The notes under the pieces are model-generated. The model saw only the letters and a program-made list of their open reading frames with translations, was not told the DNA's origin and did no database searches. A program made the position numbers and the translations under genes. From a virus (taxonomy: Duplodnaviria; Caudoviricetes), in the IMG/VR virus record IMGVR_UViG_3300025898_000005, positions 124 to 64,123 of that record: DNA of 64,000 nt; one strand, written 5' to 3'. This document shows, piece by piece, positions 27,712-39,100 of this stretch; positions within the stretch are counted from its first letter, which is position 1, and every line of letters begins with the position of its first letter.

Positions 27712-28022
27712 TCAACTGCATAAAATTCGATCCCGTCACCCGGGAAGTGGTAAGAAAAAATAATGACTTCGTGCTGACAACGAACCCATCGGATCAGAAT
27801 GCAGGCATCATCCTATTTTCAAAGGGGGCTTTCCCGTTAACTCCGATGCTGGGGATCGGGTTGGTTCCGCAGGTGATCAATGGGCCGGTCCCTGTTTTCA
27901 CCTTTGAAATGAACCGGTGGCAATTTCAGATGATCAATGACGGTGCCACCTTTGCCCGGTGGTCCAACCGGTTTTTAGCCAATCAGATTGCAGACATAAA
28001 CATTCAAGCAAGTTATTTATGA
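27708..28022 (+). CDS. Baseplate wedge (gp25-like)
   Basis: SDQNAGIIL..KGAF...PMLGIGL. Confidence 0.6.
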   Translation: MINCIKFDPVTREVVRKNNDFVLTTNPSDQNAGIILFSKGAFPLTPMLGIGLVPQVINGPVPVFTFEMNRWQFQMINDGATFARWSNRFLANQIADINIQASYL

Positions 28023-28366
28023 GCAGTATCTATACAGTAAAGCCGGGGGAAACCATTGTGGATGTATGTGAAAACAGCACCGGGAGCTTGGTGAACCTGG
28101 ATGCTATTCTGGCGGCGAACGATTTTGATTCCTGGACCCCGGACCTGCTGGCCGGTCAGCAGATCATCATCCCGGATGGCATTCAGAATGATGCTAATGC
28201 ATTGCGGCAACTTATTACCTATCCCATCTGCAACAACTCCGTCAGTAATATAGATGACCAGATTAACGCGATATTTGGAGAACTAGCGGGGAATTGGATA
28301 TTAAAAGACGGTTTCTGGAACGACAACGGGATATGGATCGATACGGCACAATGGCAGGATTCATAA
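28019..28366 (+). CDS. LysM-domain baseplate protein
   Basis: YTVKPGETIVDV...ILAAN...LLAGQQIIIP. Confidence 0.75.
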   Translation: MSSIYTVKPGETIVDVCENSTGSLVNLDAILAANDFDSWTPDLLAGQQIIIPDGIQNDANALRQLITYPICNNSVSNIDDQINAIFGELAGNWILKDGFWNDNGIWIDTAQWQDS

Positions 28367-28375
28367 AACTAAACT

Positions 28376-28744
28376 ATGCAGCAAATTATCGCAAATCTGG
28401 AAAGTGGCTTAAATGCCCGGAATGCCATCAACGGTAATTTCACGGAACTATATAATAGCCTGATCCTTCCTATCAAACTGCAGGGCGTAGGGTTTAATAC
28501 GAACGTGCCCATACCGGCCAATACCATGGTCCTGGAATTAGCTCTGATCGCTACTTCCGGTACCCCGACCGTCCGCATAGGGAAAACCCCGAACGGGCAG
28601 GAATATCTTGCTGACAAAGTGATCACCGGAACCATTTTGCCGATCACCATTCAGGATTATTTCCAGGGTGCCGGGTTCATTTATATCACCACCGGTACCG
28701 GAGCGATCAGCGTACGGATCGATGTGAAATATAATTATTTTTAA
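28376..28744 (+). CDS. Structural hypothetical protein
   Basis: ESGLNARNAINGNFTELY, a phage fibre-type N-terminal motif. Confidence 0.6.
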   Translation: MQQIIANLESGLNARNAINGNFTELYNSLILPIKLQGVGFNTNVPIPANTMVLELALIATSGTPTVRIGKTPNGQEYLADKVITGTILPITIQDYFQGAGFIYITTGTGAISVRIDVKYNYF

Positions 28745-29533
28745 ATGGGTACTACCCGTGATCTCATATTATCCAATCTTATCGCCCTGGGTCTTAATAA
28801 TCCAAGCGATTCTGCCGTTGAAAATAAGATAGCGGATGCCATTGGCATCCCCGTTGACAATACGATCACGGAAATGACCAATTCCGAAAATCGTATCCTT
28901 TCGATCATTACATCCAAAAATTACGGAAAATCCGGCTATTATACAGCCGCTGCCCTGGCCTTCCAATATGGTGACAACCTGATCATCGATCCGGTCACCT
29001 TGGAACTGGTATATGCTACGCCGGACCCGGAAGCCCAGATCATCGCCCAGGCGGCCTTCGAAGAAATTGTATCCGGTAATTCCGCCCAGTTATTCCTGAA
29101 GGTGGCAGCCATCGACAAACTGACCGGATTCCTTCGGCAGTTATCCGCGGCTGAACTGGCTGCCTTTACCAATTACTTCGTCAATTACGAACTGCCTGGC
29201 CTGCCCATTTCCATCATATCCCTGCCGGCCAATATCATCAACTTCGTGGCTAACATGACCTACTTCGCCACCTATGACCTGACCGCCCTGATGGCATCGG
29301 TCGCTGTGGCGATGACCACCTTTGCCCAGTCTTTTAAATTCAATGGGGAGTTTTTCAATGGGGATCTTTCCGATTATCTGAAGGCCCAGGTGCCCGGGAT
29401 CAGGGATGCCTATTTTTATAACACGACGATCGACGGAATACCCTTTTCCGGTTCGAAGAACCTGCCGGCGGGATATTTCAATTATGATCCCAATATTGCA
29501 ACAAACCTAAATTATGTCCCGATAAATGGCTAA
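28745..29533 (+). CDS. Baseplate J-like protein
   Basis: YYTAAALAFQYGD...LFLKVA...FNGEF...AGYF. Confidence 0.7.
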   Translation: MGTTRDLILSNLIALGLNNPSDSAVENKIADAIGIPVDNTITEMTNSENRILSIITSKNYGKSGYYTAAALAFQYGDNLIIDPVTLELVYATPDPEAQIIAQAAFEEIVSGNSAQLFLKVAAIDKLTGFLRQLSAAELAAFTNYFVNYELPGLPISIISLPANIINFVANMTYFATYDLTALMASVAVAMTTFAQSFKFNGEFFNGDLSDYLKAQVPGIRDAYFYNTTIDGIPFSGSKNLPAGYFNYDPNIATNLNYVPING

Positions 29534-30020
29534 TAACTTCCGAAATATCGATTATGGCAAGATGCTTTATGAGGCGTTAAGGAATTATTTTTCCGTCAAT
29601 TCGGATGGGCAGATCACCGTTTTATATAAATATTGCGCCTGTTTTCTTCAGCCGTTGCAACTGCCCTTCAATAATTATGATGCTGCCCGACAGATCAATG
29701 CCCTGGTCGCTCAGTGTAGATGGCAGATCGGCCAGTTGACCAACGTGCTGAATTTCCTTTTTGATACCATTCAGAAAAGGATATTCATCACCCAGGCAAA
29801 GACCAGCGTTTTGTCAGCCCCCTCCTTTCCTTATAATACCCCGGTGCAGGTCAGGGGTTTCGGTTCGCCGGCCCAGGCCCAGGCCAGGGGGTTTGGCGAT
29901 AATACATCGACCAGCAAAGTTGTGTTTAATGTGCCGGTGGGGGTGAACATCAGCAATATCACGGCGATCATAGAACAAATCCGTATCCAGGGCATCCCGT
30001 ACGTAATTCAAACTTTTTAA
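29526..30020 (+). CDS. Baseplate wedge (gpI-like)
   Basis: QIGQLTNVLNFLFD...RIFI; follows J. Confidence 0.6.
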   Translation: MANNFRNIDYGKMLYEALRNYFSVNSDGQITVLYKYCACFLQPLQLPFNNYDAARQINALVAQCRWQIGQLTNVLNFLFDTIQKRIFITQAKTSVLSAPSFPYNTPVQVRGFGSPAQAQARGFGDNTSTSKVVFNVPVGVNISNITAIIEQIRIQGIPYVIQTF

Positions 30021-30956
30021 ATGGCAGATTTAATACAGGCACCCGCTGAACGAATAGTATATGATGGAATTGACAATCCCATCTATGACCAGGATCTTGT
30101 GGTGGCCACCCAGAATGCCATCAGCCTGGTCCTGGCCTTGTCGGGAGCGGATGGGGGCGATTTCTTTATCATTTCGGGTCTTTATTATGTCCCGGGCGTT
30201 CCCAATACGTACACGCCGGGCTTTTTTATATTGGGGCGCAAACTGTATGTCTGTACACAAAATTTTGTGGAAGGAAGTTATCTGGGTCCAAACGTTCAGC
30301 CTACTCAGAATGAAGGCTTTAATGATGGTACATCCAGAAATATTTATCAGTCCTATGGATCATTGATATCACCCACCCCGGACCCGACCTATTCCCCCCA
30401 GTTCGAAGGGAATATGAATCAGTACCGGATTGGGAATAAATATCTGGGGCTTTCGGTAATATCCCTGCTGGCCACGCAGGCCAGCCTGGGAAATGCTTCC
30501 ACTAAGAATGTCGGCACTACGGCCGGGACGGTCGCCGCCGGCGATGATCCCCGGATGCCTTATACAGCGGCCCAACTGGCGGCCCTGTTCGTCATGCCGC
30601 CCGAAGTAATCCTGAAGGGGGATACAAATGCCTATACACCAGCTGGGCCCAATGATCCGGTAAATAAAAATTATACGGATACCAACTTCATAAAGAAACT
30701 GGCTTCCGGAAATGCGGCCGTGGGGGATGTTCCATCTGGGGGTAAATCGGTGGCGTTGGCCTTCGGTGTTACTCTCCCGGATACTAATTATATTGTTCTG
30801 GTCAGCGTGGTATCTGCCGGCGTTCCAGGAAATGATGCCAGCCTTCATACGCCAGTTATAGTTAACAAAACAACTGCTGGATGTAGTGTTCAACTAAATG
30901 AAGGGGTCGGTACCGTGCAAAATGTTAGTTTGGATTGGATCGTGCTTTCTAAATAA
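30021..30956 (+). CDS. Proximal tail fibre / adaptor (no signal peptide)
   Basis: LGNASTKNVGTTAGTVAAGDDPR fibre motif; C-terminal H-type-lectin-like segment. Confidence 0.75.
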   Translation: MADLIQAPAERIVYDGIDNPIYDQDLVVATQNAISLVLALSGADGGDFFIISGLYYVPGVPNTYTPGFFILGRKLYVCTQNFVEGSYLGPNVQPTQNEGFNDGTSRNIYQSYGSLISPTPDPTYSPQFEGNMNQYRIGNKYLGLSVISLLATQASLGNASTKNVGTTAGTVAAGDDPRMPYTAAQLAALFVMPPEVILKGDTNAYTPAGPNDPVNKNYTDTNFIKKLASGNAAVGDVPSGGKSVALAFGVTLPDTNYIVLVSVVSAGVPGNDASLHTPVIVNKTTAGCSVQLNEGVGTVQNVSLDWIVLSK

Positions 30957-33900
30957 ATGTATATGAGAAAAGTATTATTTCTGCTGTCTCTTCTTTATGC
31001 CGGCTATGCCCAGGCACAGATCCCGCAATGGATCAATCAGCCGTATATTTTCCTTAAATGGATCAATGTCCGGGACAGCATGCGTTGTCAAATCTACTTC
31101 CAGGGAACCAATGACACCCTGGCCACCCAGGCCTATGCCCGGGGACATGGCGGGGGAGGGAGCGGGAACCCGCTGCCGGGATATGGCATAAAGATCACTG
31201 GCGGCGACACGGTGAGCATCGACACGGCCAACTACCGAAAGATGGATAGTCTGTATGTGGTGACGGATTCCACTTTCATTGTAAAGATCAATGGCCGGGT
31301 TTATGCCTATAAAATGCGCGGGAACGTCTTTTCCTTCAACGGGCGCACCGCAGCCGTGGTCCCGCAGGATAACGATTATGCAGCCTTTTATCCGAAACTG
31401 GATAGTACCTATAATGACCCGTCTTTTATTTCTCACATATCCTTCCCGAAAATAACGTCATTACCCTATACGCTGGCGGGATACAATATCACCGATGCCG
31501 TTCGAAACGCCGGCGGGGTTCGAACCTGGCAGCAGGATGTTTATGCCAACCGGCCGGCATTCGGGAACCTGGGGGCATTCTTCTATGCCACGGATTCCAA
31601 TGCCATCTACTTCGATACGGGCGCCGGTTGGACAAAGGTGACCACGGCAACCAGCGGGGGGGGAACAGATTCGGCCGTATTAGCCGGTAACCTGCTGATC
31701 AAAACGGTCAGCGGGACCGCTATTACCCTGAAAGTGGATACCAATGGCCTGAAATCTTTCATCGGAACCTTGACCGGGATCACCCAACTTTTCAGCAAAC
31801 GGGGGGCGCTGATATCTGGCACCGACACGGTGGGGATTGATAGTTCCGTGGTCATTGCCTATACCGATACGCTATCCGGGGGCAAGATCGTCACCAAAAC
31901 CTTCCTTACCAATCGGGGATACCTGACATCGGAAACGGATCCCGTGGCCACGGCAAAGACGATCACCCTGACCCAGGTTGCGAACCGTGGGGTTATTATA
32001 GCGGGAACGGCGGGGCAAACGCTGGGATCAGGCCCTGCCTGGACTATAACGGCGGATACGGCCTTTCTGGCGACAAATACTTACGTCAATCGACAAGGAT
32101 TCATAAAGGCAAACCAGACCATTACGCTATCTGGTCAGGCATCAGGATCTGGAACTACGGCGATCACGGTTGCCCTGGCGACCAATACGGTGACTTATGC
32201 CCAGTTCCAGCAGGTAGCTGCCAGTTCCCTGGTGGGGAATCCGACCGGGTCCTTGGGGAATGCCCAGGCGATCGGTATACAGGCCCCGCTGATCTTCAGC
32301 AGCAGCGTACTAAAACTGGATACCACCGTTGTCCATAGTCTGGGTTTCAACGATGGCCGATACCTGACATTTGATTCCATCCGGGTGGTGGGAGTAGGAA
32401 CCGGCGGCGTATCCATTGGATATGCACAGGGTTCGGATACCCTTAACCTTGCCCGACTGATCTCTGGGTCAAATATCACCCTGACCAAAAATTCTGACAG
32501 TTCGATCACCATAGCAGCCGCCAGCGGCTTCAGCAATCCGATGACCACTTCTCAGGATTTGATCGTTGGCGGGACTGCCGGAGCGGCCGGGCGCCTGGGG
32601 GCGGGCGCAAATGGGACTTTCCTGGGGGTTCAATCCGGCGTGGTCGGATATTATACGCCACCTGGTGCGGTCAGTTCAGTGGCACCAGCAAATGGATCAT
32701 TGATCATAAGTCCTACTTCCGGCAGCGTACTGGCATCGCTCAATCCGGCCTTTACCGATAGTTTCACCGTTATCCAGAAATTCGCCGCCGGCATGAATAT
32801 AGGGGGAACCCTAACGCTTTTAAGTACAACATCCGCCGGGTCTGCCCTGAATACCAAACTGCAGGTCCTGGTGCAGGATACCAGCGCGGGACAGGGGATT
32901 GTTTATCGTAGATCCTTCCAGGGAATGGATACTACAGGCCTTGGTAAGAACCAGGGATGGATTCCCTACTATGATACGACCTGCCATTGCTGGAAGACGG
33001 AAGCAGCGCCCTCCGGCGGGGGAGGTTCGGGGAATACCAATTCCAATGTCGGGGGCGGTTACCGGTGGGCGATTCCCGGCACCAACAATGTAAAGACGGC
33101 CACGGTTGGCATAGGCCTTAGTGCGGATAGCATTGTCACCAATACGCTAAATTTTAAGGCTGATACTTCCTACCTGGTCACACTTGCTTCCGGTCAGAAT
33201 ATTACAGGGAATAAAAACTTAGGTGGCACCCTAACGCTTTCGGGTACCGGAGGGGCATCTTCCGCTTTGAATGGAAAACTAAAAATCCTGATGGCCGACA
33301 CGACCGCACAAAATACCGTTTATACCCGATCCTTTCAGGGAATGGACACGACCAATCTGGGTAAAAATCAGGGATGGACGAATTATTATGATACCACCTG
33401 TAAGTGCTGGAAGGTGCAAGCTCCCCCTGGGTTCGCCAATCCGATGACTTCGGCTGGCGACCTGATCGTGGGCGGTTCTGCAGGTGCGCCAACCCGGGCG
33501 GCTGGCAATAATACCACCACACCCCAGGTCCTATGGGGAACCGGTACCGGGAGTGCCGCCACGGCCCCGGTATGGCACACCCTGGTAAAAGGGGATATCG
33601 GACTGGGGAATGTTGAAAATACCGCATTATCGACCTGGGCGGGATCTTCATCCCTCACTACCCTGGGAACCATTGGGGCAGGCGTATGGCAGGGATCACC
33701 GGTAACGGGTCAGTTCGGTGGTACGGGGATCAACAATAGCGGAAAGACCATCACGCTGGGCGGAAGTTTTGCTACTTCCGGGGCCTTCCCGTTGACGTTT
33801 ACCCTATCTGGCTCTACGAATGTCACGCTTCCCGTCTCTGGGACGCTGGTCAATAGTTCGGTGACGACCCTTTCTTCCTTGGCGGGAGTGGGAACGATTA

Positions 33901-34649
33901 CATCGGGAACCTGGCAGGGCGGCATTGTCGGGCCGATATTTGGGGGTACCGGGGTGAACAATGGGATCAGCACCATCACCCTGGCCGGGCCGCTGGTAAC
34001 TACCGGGGCCTTTACCACGACATTGACCGCTACCGGAACCACGGCCGTGACGCTGCCGACATCCGGTACTTTATACGGTACGCAGGCGGGATCCATTACT
34101 TCGGCCCAGTTACTGGCATCTTTGACAGATGAAACAGGAACGGGTACGGCGGTCTTTTCTGCATCTCCGGCTTTGACGGGAACACCGACCGCCCCCACGG
34201 CAGCGCCAGGGACCAATACTACCCAGATTGCCACCATGGCCGCCATTCAGGCTGCAACGGGGGCTGCCATCCCTTCCGGTGGATTAGCTGCGGGAACCTA
34301 TACACCTACTCTTATTTCCACTTCTCTTGGTGGCATAGTTACGCCTGGTGTTTTCAAATATCAAAGAGTGGGGAATGTTGTCCATTACAGCGGGCCCGTT
34401 TCAATATCCGCTGAACCTGCCACAAATACGCAATACACGGTGGATATCTCCTTACCGATAAGTTCTACTTATTCCGCAGCAACGGATTTGAACGGGGTAT
34501 GCGTAACCACCGGATCCGGAGATGCCCCCGGTTGGGCCACTGCTTTAAACAATTCTGGAACCATTGTTTCCAGAAGTCGGATGTGGTCTACCATCAACGC
34601 GGGTAATGGGGTGACCATCATAATTGAAGGAACTTATATCGTACAATAA
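30957..34649 (+). CDS. Long tail-fibre-like protein with Sec signal peptide and dense D(S/T) sequons
   Basis: MRKVLFLLSLLYAGYAQA|Q; fibre motifs VFSFNGRTAAV, NPMTTxxDLIVGG, SPALTGTPTAPTAAPGTNTTQIAT, YQRVGNVVH. Confidence 0.8.
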   Translation: MYMRKVLFLLSLLYAGYAQAQIPQWINQPYIFLKWINVRDSMRCQIYFQGTNDTLATQAYARGHGGGGSGNPLPGYGIKITGGDTVSIDTANYRKMDSLYVVTDSTFIVKINGRVYAYKMRGNVFSFNGRTAAVVPQDNDYAAFYPKLDSTYNDPSFISHISFPKITSLPYTLAGYNITDAVRNAGGVRTWQQDVYANRPAFGNLGAFFYATDSNAIYFDTGAGWTKVTTATSGGGTDSAVLAGNLLIKTVSGTAITLKVDTNGLKSFIGTLTGITQLFSKRGALISGTDTVGIDSSVVIAYTDTLSGGKIVTKTFLTNRGYLTSETDPVATAKTITLTQVANRGVIIAGTAGQTLGSGPAWTITADTAFLATNTYVNRQGFIKANQTITLSGQASGSGTTAITVALATNTVTYAQFQQVAASSLVGNPTGSLGNAQAIGIQAPLIFSSSVLKLDTTVVHSLGFNDGRYLTFDSIRVVGVGTGGVSIGYAQGSDTLNLARLISGSNITLTKNSDSSITIAAASGFSNPMTTSQDLIVGGTAGAAGRLGAGANGTFLGVQSGVVGYYTPPGAVSSVAPANGSLIISPTSGSVLASLNPAFTDSFTVIQKFAAGMNIGGTLTLLSTTSAGSALNTKLQVLVQDTSAGQGIVYRRSFQGMDTTGLGKNQGWIPYYDTTCHCWKTEAAPSGGGGSGNTNSNVGGGYRWAIPGTNNVKTATVGIGLSADSIVTNTLNFKADTSYLVTLASGQNITGNKNLGGTLTLSGTGGASSALNGKLKILMADTTAQNTVYTRSFQGMDTTNLGKNQGWTNYYDTTCKCWKVQAPPGFANPMTSAGDLIVGGSAGAPTRAAGNNTTTPQVLWGTGTGSAATAPVWHTLVKGDIGLGNVENTALSTWAGSSSLTTLGTIGAGVWQGSPVTGQFGGTGINNSGKTITLGGSFATSGAFPLTFTLSGSTNVTLPVSGTLVNSSVTTLSSLAGVGTITSGTWQGGIVGPIFGGTGVNNGISTITLAGPLVTTGAFTTTLTATGTTAVTLPTSGTLYGTQAGSITSAQLLASLTDETGTGTAVFSASPALTGTPTAPTAAPGTNTTQIATMAAIQAATGAAIPSGGLAAGTYTPTLISTSLGGIVTPGVFKYQRVGNVVHYSGPVSISAEPATNTQYTVDISLPISSTYSAATDLNGVCVTTGSGDAPGWATALNNSGTIVSRSRMWSTINAGNGVTIIIEGTYIVQ

Positions 34650-34655
34650 TAAATT

Positions 34656-35675
34656 ATGAAAAAACTGCTATTTATCCTGCTATTCCCGATTCTCACCCAG
34701 GCCCAGACCAACCAGGGTGCATTCATGTATAACTATGGCGCTGCGGTGCCGGTGATCTTCGAAAGTGGTTCGCTGGCCCCGTTCACCACCGTATCGCCAG
34801 CGGCATCCACTCCGGCAAAAACATTCACCTTTACCGCCAGCAGTTTGACCGGTTCGGTGACCGCTACGGCCGATGCCCCGATGCAGGTCGCCCCGGATGG
34901 GTCAACCTTTGCCACCACGGCCGTTTTCGGTCAAACCCTGGGTATATCTTCAGGAACCGTTTCCGTACGAATAGCAGCTAGTACAGCGGTAGGTAGTTAT
35001 TCGGGTAAAATCCGGCTTACTTCTCCCGGCGCTGCCTTCGTGGATGTTCCCTTCACCGCGACCGTCACATCCGGAGCCACCTTAACCGTGGTAAAGTTCA
35101 ATATCTGGGATGCCAGTCAAACAAATGGGAAAGTATTGCAGTCTGGGTTTAATAACTGGAATCCATCGGATCTTCTTTTTGGCCAGACCACCACTTCCGG
35201 CGCCATGACAGATACGACCGGTGCCAGCACGGCCGTGACTATGACCTTATCGGCGGGACCTGAAGCGGATGTACAGGGATTTTATACCAACAATGGTGAA
35301 CCGTATGCTGCTGCCACCACGGCACCCTATCCAGATACTTTGTTTGAAATTCCTTACCTCTTCACGACCGGCGGGGAATCCTCCGGAACGGATTCCATTA
35401 TTTTCAATGTTCCTGGCATCACACCTTCATCGGGGGGGTTTAATATTGAACTAATCAGCAGCCGGTCGACAGGGACCAGCAGACCGCAAACTTTCACTTG
35501 TAATGGCACGACGATTCCACTGGATGCCCAAAATAACCTGAATAATCTTACCGGCGGGCGGGTGCCCCTTCACTGGGATAATGTTCCTGCAGTAGGGGGG
35601 CGGATTGTGGTGGTCATGAAATATACAGCCACTTTTGTCTATGCCAATGGCGGTAAAATATCGTGGATACCTTAA
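34656..35675 (+). CDS. Secreted beta-rich protein (Ig-like plus jelly-roll-like)
   Basis: MKKLLFILLFPILTQA|Q signal peptide. Confidence 0.7.
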   Translation: MKKLLFILLFPILTQAQTNQGAFMYNYGAAVPVIFESGSLAPFTTVSPAASTPAKTFTFTASSLTGSVTATADAPMQVAPDGSTFATTAVFGQTLGISSGTVSVRIAASTAVGSYSGKIRLTSPGAAFVDVPFTATVTSGATLTVVKFNIWDASQTNGKVLQSGFNNWNPSDLLFGQTTTSGAMTDTTGASTAVTMTLSAGPEADVQGFYTNNGEPYAAATTAPYPDTLFEIPYLFTTGGESSGTDSIIFNVPGITPSSGGFNIELISSRSTGTSRPQTFTCNGTTIPLDAQNNLNNLTGGRVPLHWDNVPAVGGRIVVVMKYTATFVYANGGKISWIP

Positions 35676-35686
35676 AACTTAACTAT

Positions 35687-36166
35687 ATGAGAATCATCAC
35701 CTTTTTATTGATCCTTTTTTCTTCCATCTGCCGGGCCCAGGATGTAACCGGGGATGTAAATAAGTTGATCAATGGCCAAATAAATACATTCAGTATGGGA
35801 CTGGATAGTATTATTGTTCACACACAACTTACTTCAGGGACTACCGCTGCCTTCGTGGATACCCTTCGACTGCCCATCAATACTACCTGTTTATATTCCA
35901 TTCACTTACAGGCGGAAAATATTAACACGCTGGAAACGGCCAGGGCTTACAAAGAGATAGAAATTAAAAACATCAATGGGGTCTATTCCTTTCCGGGATC
36001 CACCGATGTGGTCGCCTATCCCGGTCAATCGGCCACGACCAGCATTTCGAAAGCAACCTGGTCCATCCTATCCAGCGGTGGGATTTATGTCATCCGGGTG
36101 GCAGGAGTGGCTGGCGTAAATATGAAATGGACCATTACCCGAACGCAAATAATAACTGCATTATGA
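35687..36166 (+). CDS. Secreted small beta-sandwich protein
   Basis: MRIITFLLILFSSICRA|Q signal peptide. Confidence 0.7.
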   Translation: MRIITFLLILFSSICRAQDVTGDVNKLINGQINTFSMGLDSIIVHTQLTSGTTAAFVDTLRLPINTTCLYSIHLQAENINTLETARAYKEIEIKNINGVYSFPGSTDVVAYPGQSATTSISKATWSILSSGGIYVIRVAGVAGVNMKWTITRTQIITAL

Positions 36167-39100
36167 AGAAACTTATTTATTTCACAATTTTGGTATTCTT
36201 AGGACTTATCGGTAAGTCCCAGACGGCTGGGACCATCATCAATGTGCCTTATACCACGGCTTCTACGCCGACCTTCCAGGCATACCTGTATCTTCCCAAT
36301 GACTACGGGACCACCGGTTCCCAGCGGTATCCGCTTTTCATATTCCTGCATGGCTCCGGGGAATCCTGCCCACCAGTGTCGAACATATACAATTCCACTA
36401 CCGCCGGGGGACCGCTCTATTTTATCGAACATGGCCTGTGGCCAACTGGCGGATTTATGAATTACCGGACCGGAGCTACTGAAAAATATATTGTTCTGGG
36501 TCCACAATCCGCCTGTAATTCCTGGTCTACTTCCGGAGATCAACTAGCGAACATCAAAACGTACATGGTGCAGAATTACCGGGTGGATAGCAATCGGATC
36601 ATCGTTTCCGGTCTTTCTTCCGGTGGTGGTGGAACGGTAGAAAATACGGCCAATCTTAGCGGGAATGAAACGACCCAGACCTTCCCTTCCCGTTATAAGA
36701 ATGCCGCCGTGATCCCCATGAGCCCCGCCACGAACAATCCCCTGCAGGCTTGGGGGGCGCAATTCGTTACGGATTCCGTTCCCTCCTGGTTCTTCGGGGA
36801 TCAAAACAATGACACCTATGGGGAATATGCCTGGAACTTCGCCCGGCGCCTACCCACCCCCAACGCGACCACCAACGGCTTCATCAATGCCATAAAATTC
36901 GGATATGCCTATTTTACCGGCAACCCGGGGACAAATGGCGTTTCCACTTTTAACACCGGCCATGGACCTTGGAATACTTACTACAATCCTACCTTCCGGG
37001 TATCCTTTACTGATTCCACCATAAAGCCGGCGGTGACTGGGACCTTCAGCATTTATGAATGGGGGCTGATGCATGTGCGCAATTCGGTCGCCGTGACCAC
37101 GCCAACGGCCAACGCTGGCAGCAATCAGTCCATCACCCAGCCGACCAGCACGGTGACGCTAACAGGATCAGGAACGGCCGGCACTGGCCATAATATCCCG
37201 ACTTCAGGCGGATATGCCTGGACCCAGGTATCTGGGCCCACTTCAACGATCACTACGCCTACGTTATCTAGCACCACCGTGACCGGCATGACAACGGCCG
37301 GGGCCTATGTCTACCAGTTGAAAGTCACCAATGAGATAGGGGCCTTCGCTACCAGTCAGGTGACAATAACGGTGATCAGCAATGCCCCGCATGCGAATGC
37401 TGGACCTGATCAAACGATCACCCTGCCCATCAGTTCCGTCACGCTTGACGGTACAGGATCTTCTGGCGGGATTACTTCCTACGCCTGGTCCCAATTGACC
37501 GGACCCAATACCGGAAATATCAATTCCGCAACGGCCGCCACCACATCGGTGACTGCCCTGATCGCCGGGGTCTATACCTTTCAATTATCGCTGAATTCCG
37601 GGGCCAGCAAGGATACGGTGCAGATCACCGTGCAGCCGGTTCAGCCGTGCGGTCCTCACAACAAGATCATTCTGCATCCTTTTTCGGACAGCACTTATTT
37701 TATCAATAACGCCGTTTCCCATACCTTCCAGGCTGGTGACACGATTGTCTTTACCCATACAGATGTATGGAAAAGTGCCGTCTTCCAGAATATGAACGGC
37801 GCCCCGGGTTGCCCTATCGTGCTGCAAAACGATTCCGGTCCCATTCCTTTTACAAGTCCTCCGAATGGTCACCGGTCCGGTAATGATTACAGTGGAATGA
37901 AATTCGCGTCCTGTTCTCATATTCACCTGCAGGGGAATGCGGATCCTACCACCAAATATGGTTTCTTCTTCCAGTATGATCCGGTCTTCGTTTATCAGAC
38001 CACGCCGGCGCTGATCATCGATGACAAGTCTACCAACGTGGAAGTTAACAATGTATCTTTCCGGAATGTGGATATTGCGATCGTCGCGGAAGTAACGGAG
38101 AATTGTGACACGACCTTCAACTGGCCCAATTGGTTCATGGATAGTATCATCATCCATGATATAAAGGTTCGACGGACCTGGAATGAAGGGTTTTACCTGG
38201 GAAATACGAGTCCCGACAATGCCCTTTATGATCACCGGCCAACCGTTTGTGGGGTAGATACTTTTTATTATAAACCTGCCAAAAATGGATATACACAGGT
38301 TTATAACATTGATATGGATAGTACCGGCCGGAGTGGTATACAGTTGGCCAATGCGATCGTCAACCCAGCCGGGGCCCGGTCGGAAATCTTCAATTGTACG
38401 GTCAAACATGCTGGATTGAATGGCGATGATGCACAAGGGTGCGGTATCGATCCGGGACTTTATACCGTGGTCCGGATTCATGACAATGTGATCACCAATA
38501 CATATACTTTTGGCGTTGGCAGTTTGGGAGCCAATGGGACCAGTACACCGCTGGAAATCTATAATAACCGGATAGACAGTGCCGGATTTTTGAGAACGTT
38601 CAATAATGCCACCACGGATTCCGTTCGTTATAATCCTGAAACGGCGCCTACCTTCCGGGATAGCCTGACCTATCCTTATCCCATTTTTGTGACCACCAGA
38701 CCGATGTCCTTTACTACCGACAGCCTGCCAGGTACGGCCATCCATGGGCTGGATAGTCTCAATTTCATCATCAAAAATAATACCTTGGGTCTTTTTAAGG
38801 CGGCGACACGGCCGGACAGTAATGTCGTTGGTAACTCTACGGCTGCCATCCAGATTGAACAGGACAGCCGAAATACCACCATTCAAAAAAATGGGAATGT
38901 GATCTGCGGGAATACATTCTTCAATGATCAGCCGGCCACAGTCTTCACCGACAATCGGCAGGGAGTGATCAATTATTCAACGAACTGCGGGAATGCTATT
39001 AAAAGACTGATAGCCAGTATTGGGGATGCCGTAGATGCCCCCGCAATTGTGGCCGATACGCTGATCCTGCCGTTGGATTCCACTTTTATCGAAGGTTATG

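Noticed and set aside
32800-33430. DGR template/variable repeat pair
   Set aside because: Differences are not adenine-specific, both copies are in frame, and no reverse transcriptase is present
37585-38886. 433-aa minus-strand ORF
   Set aside because: Antisense shadow of the beta-helix gene, explained by codon bias
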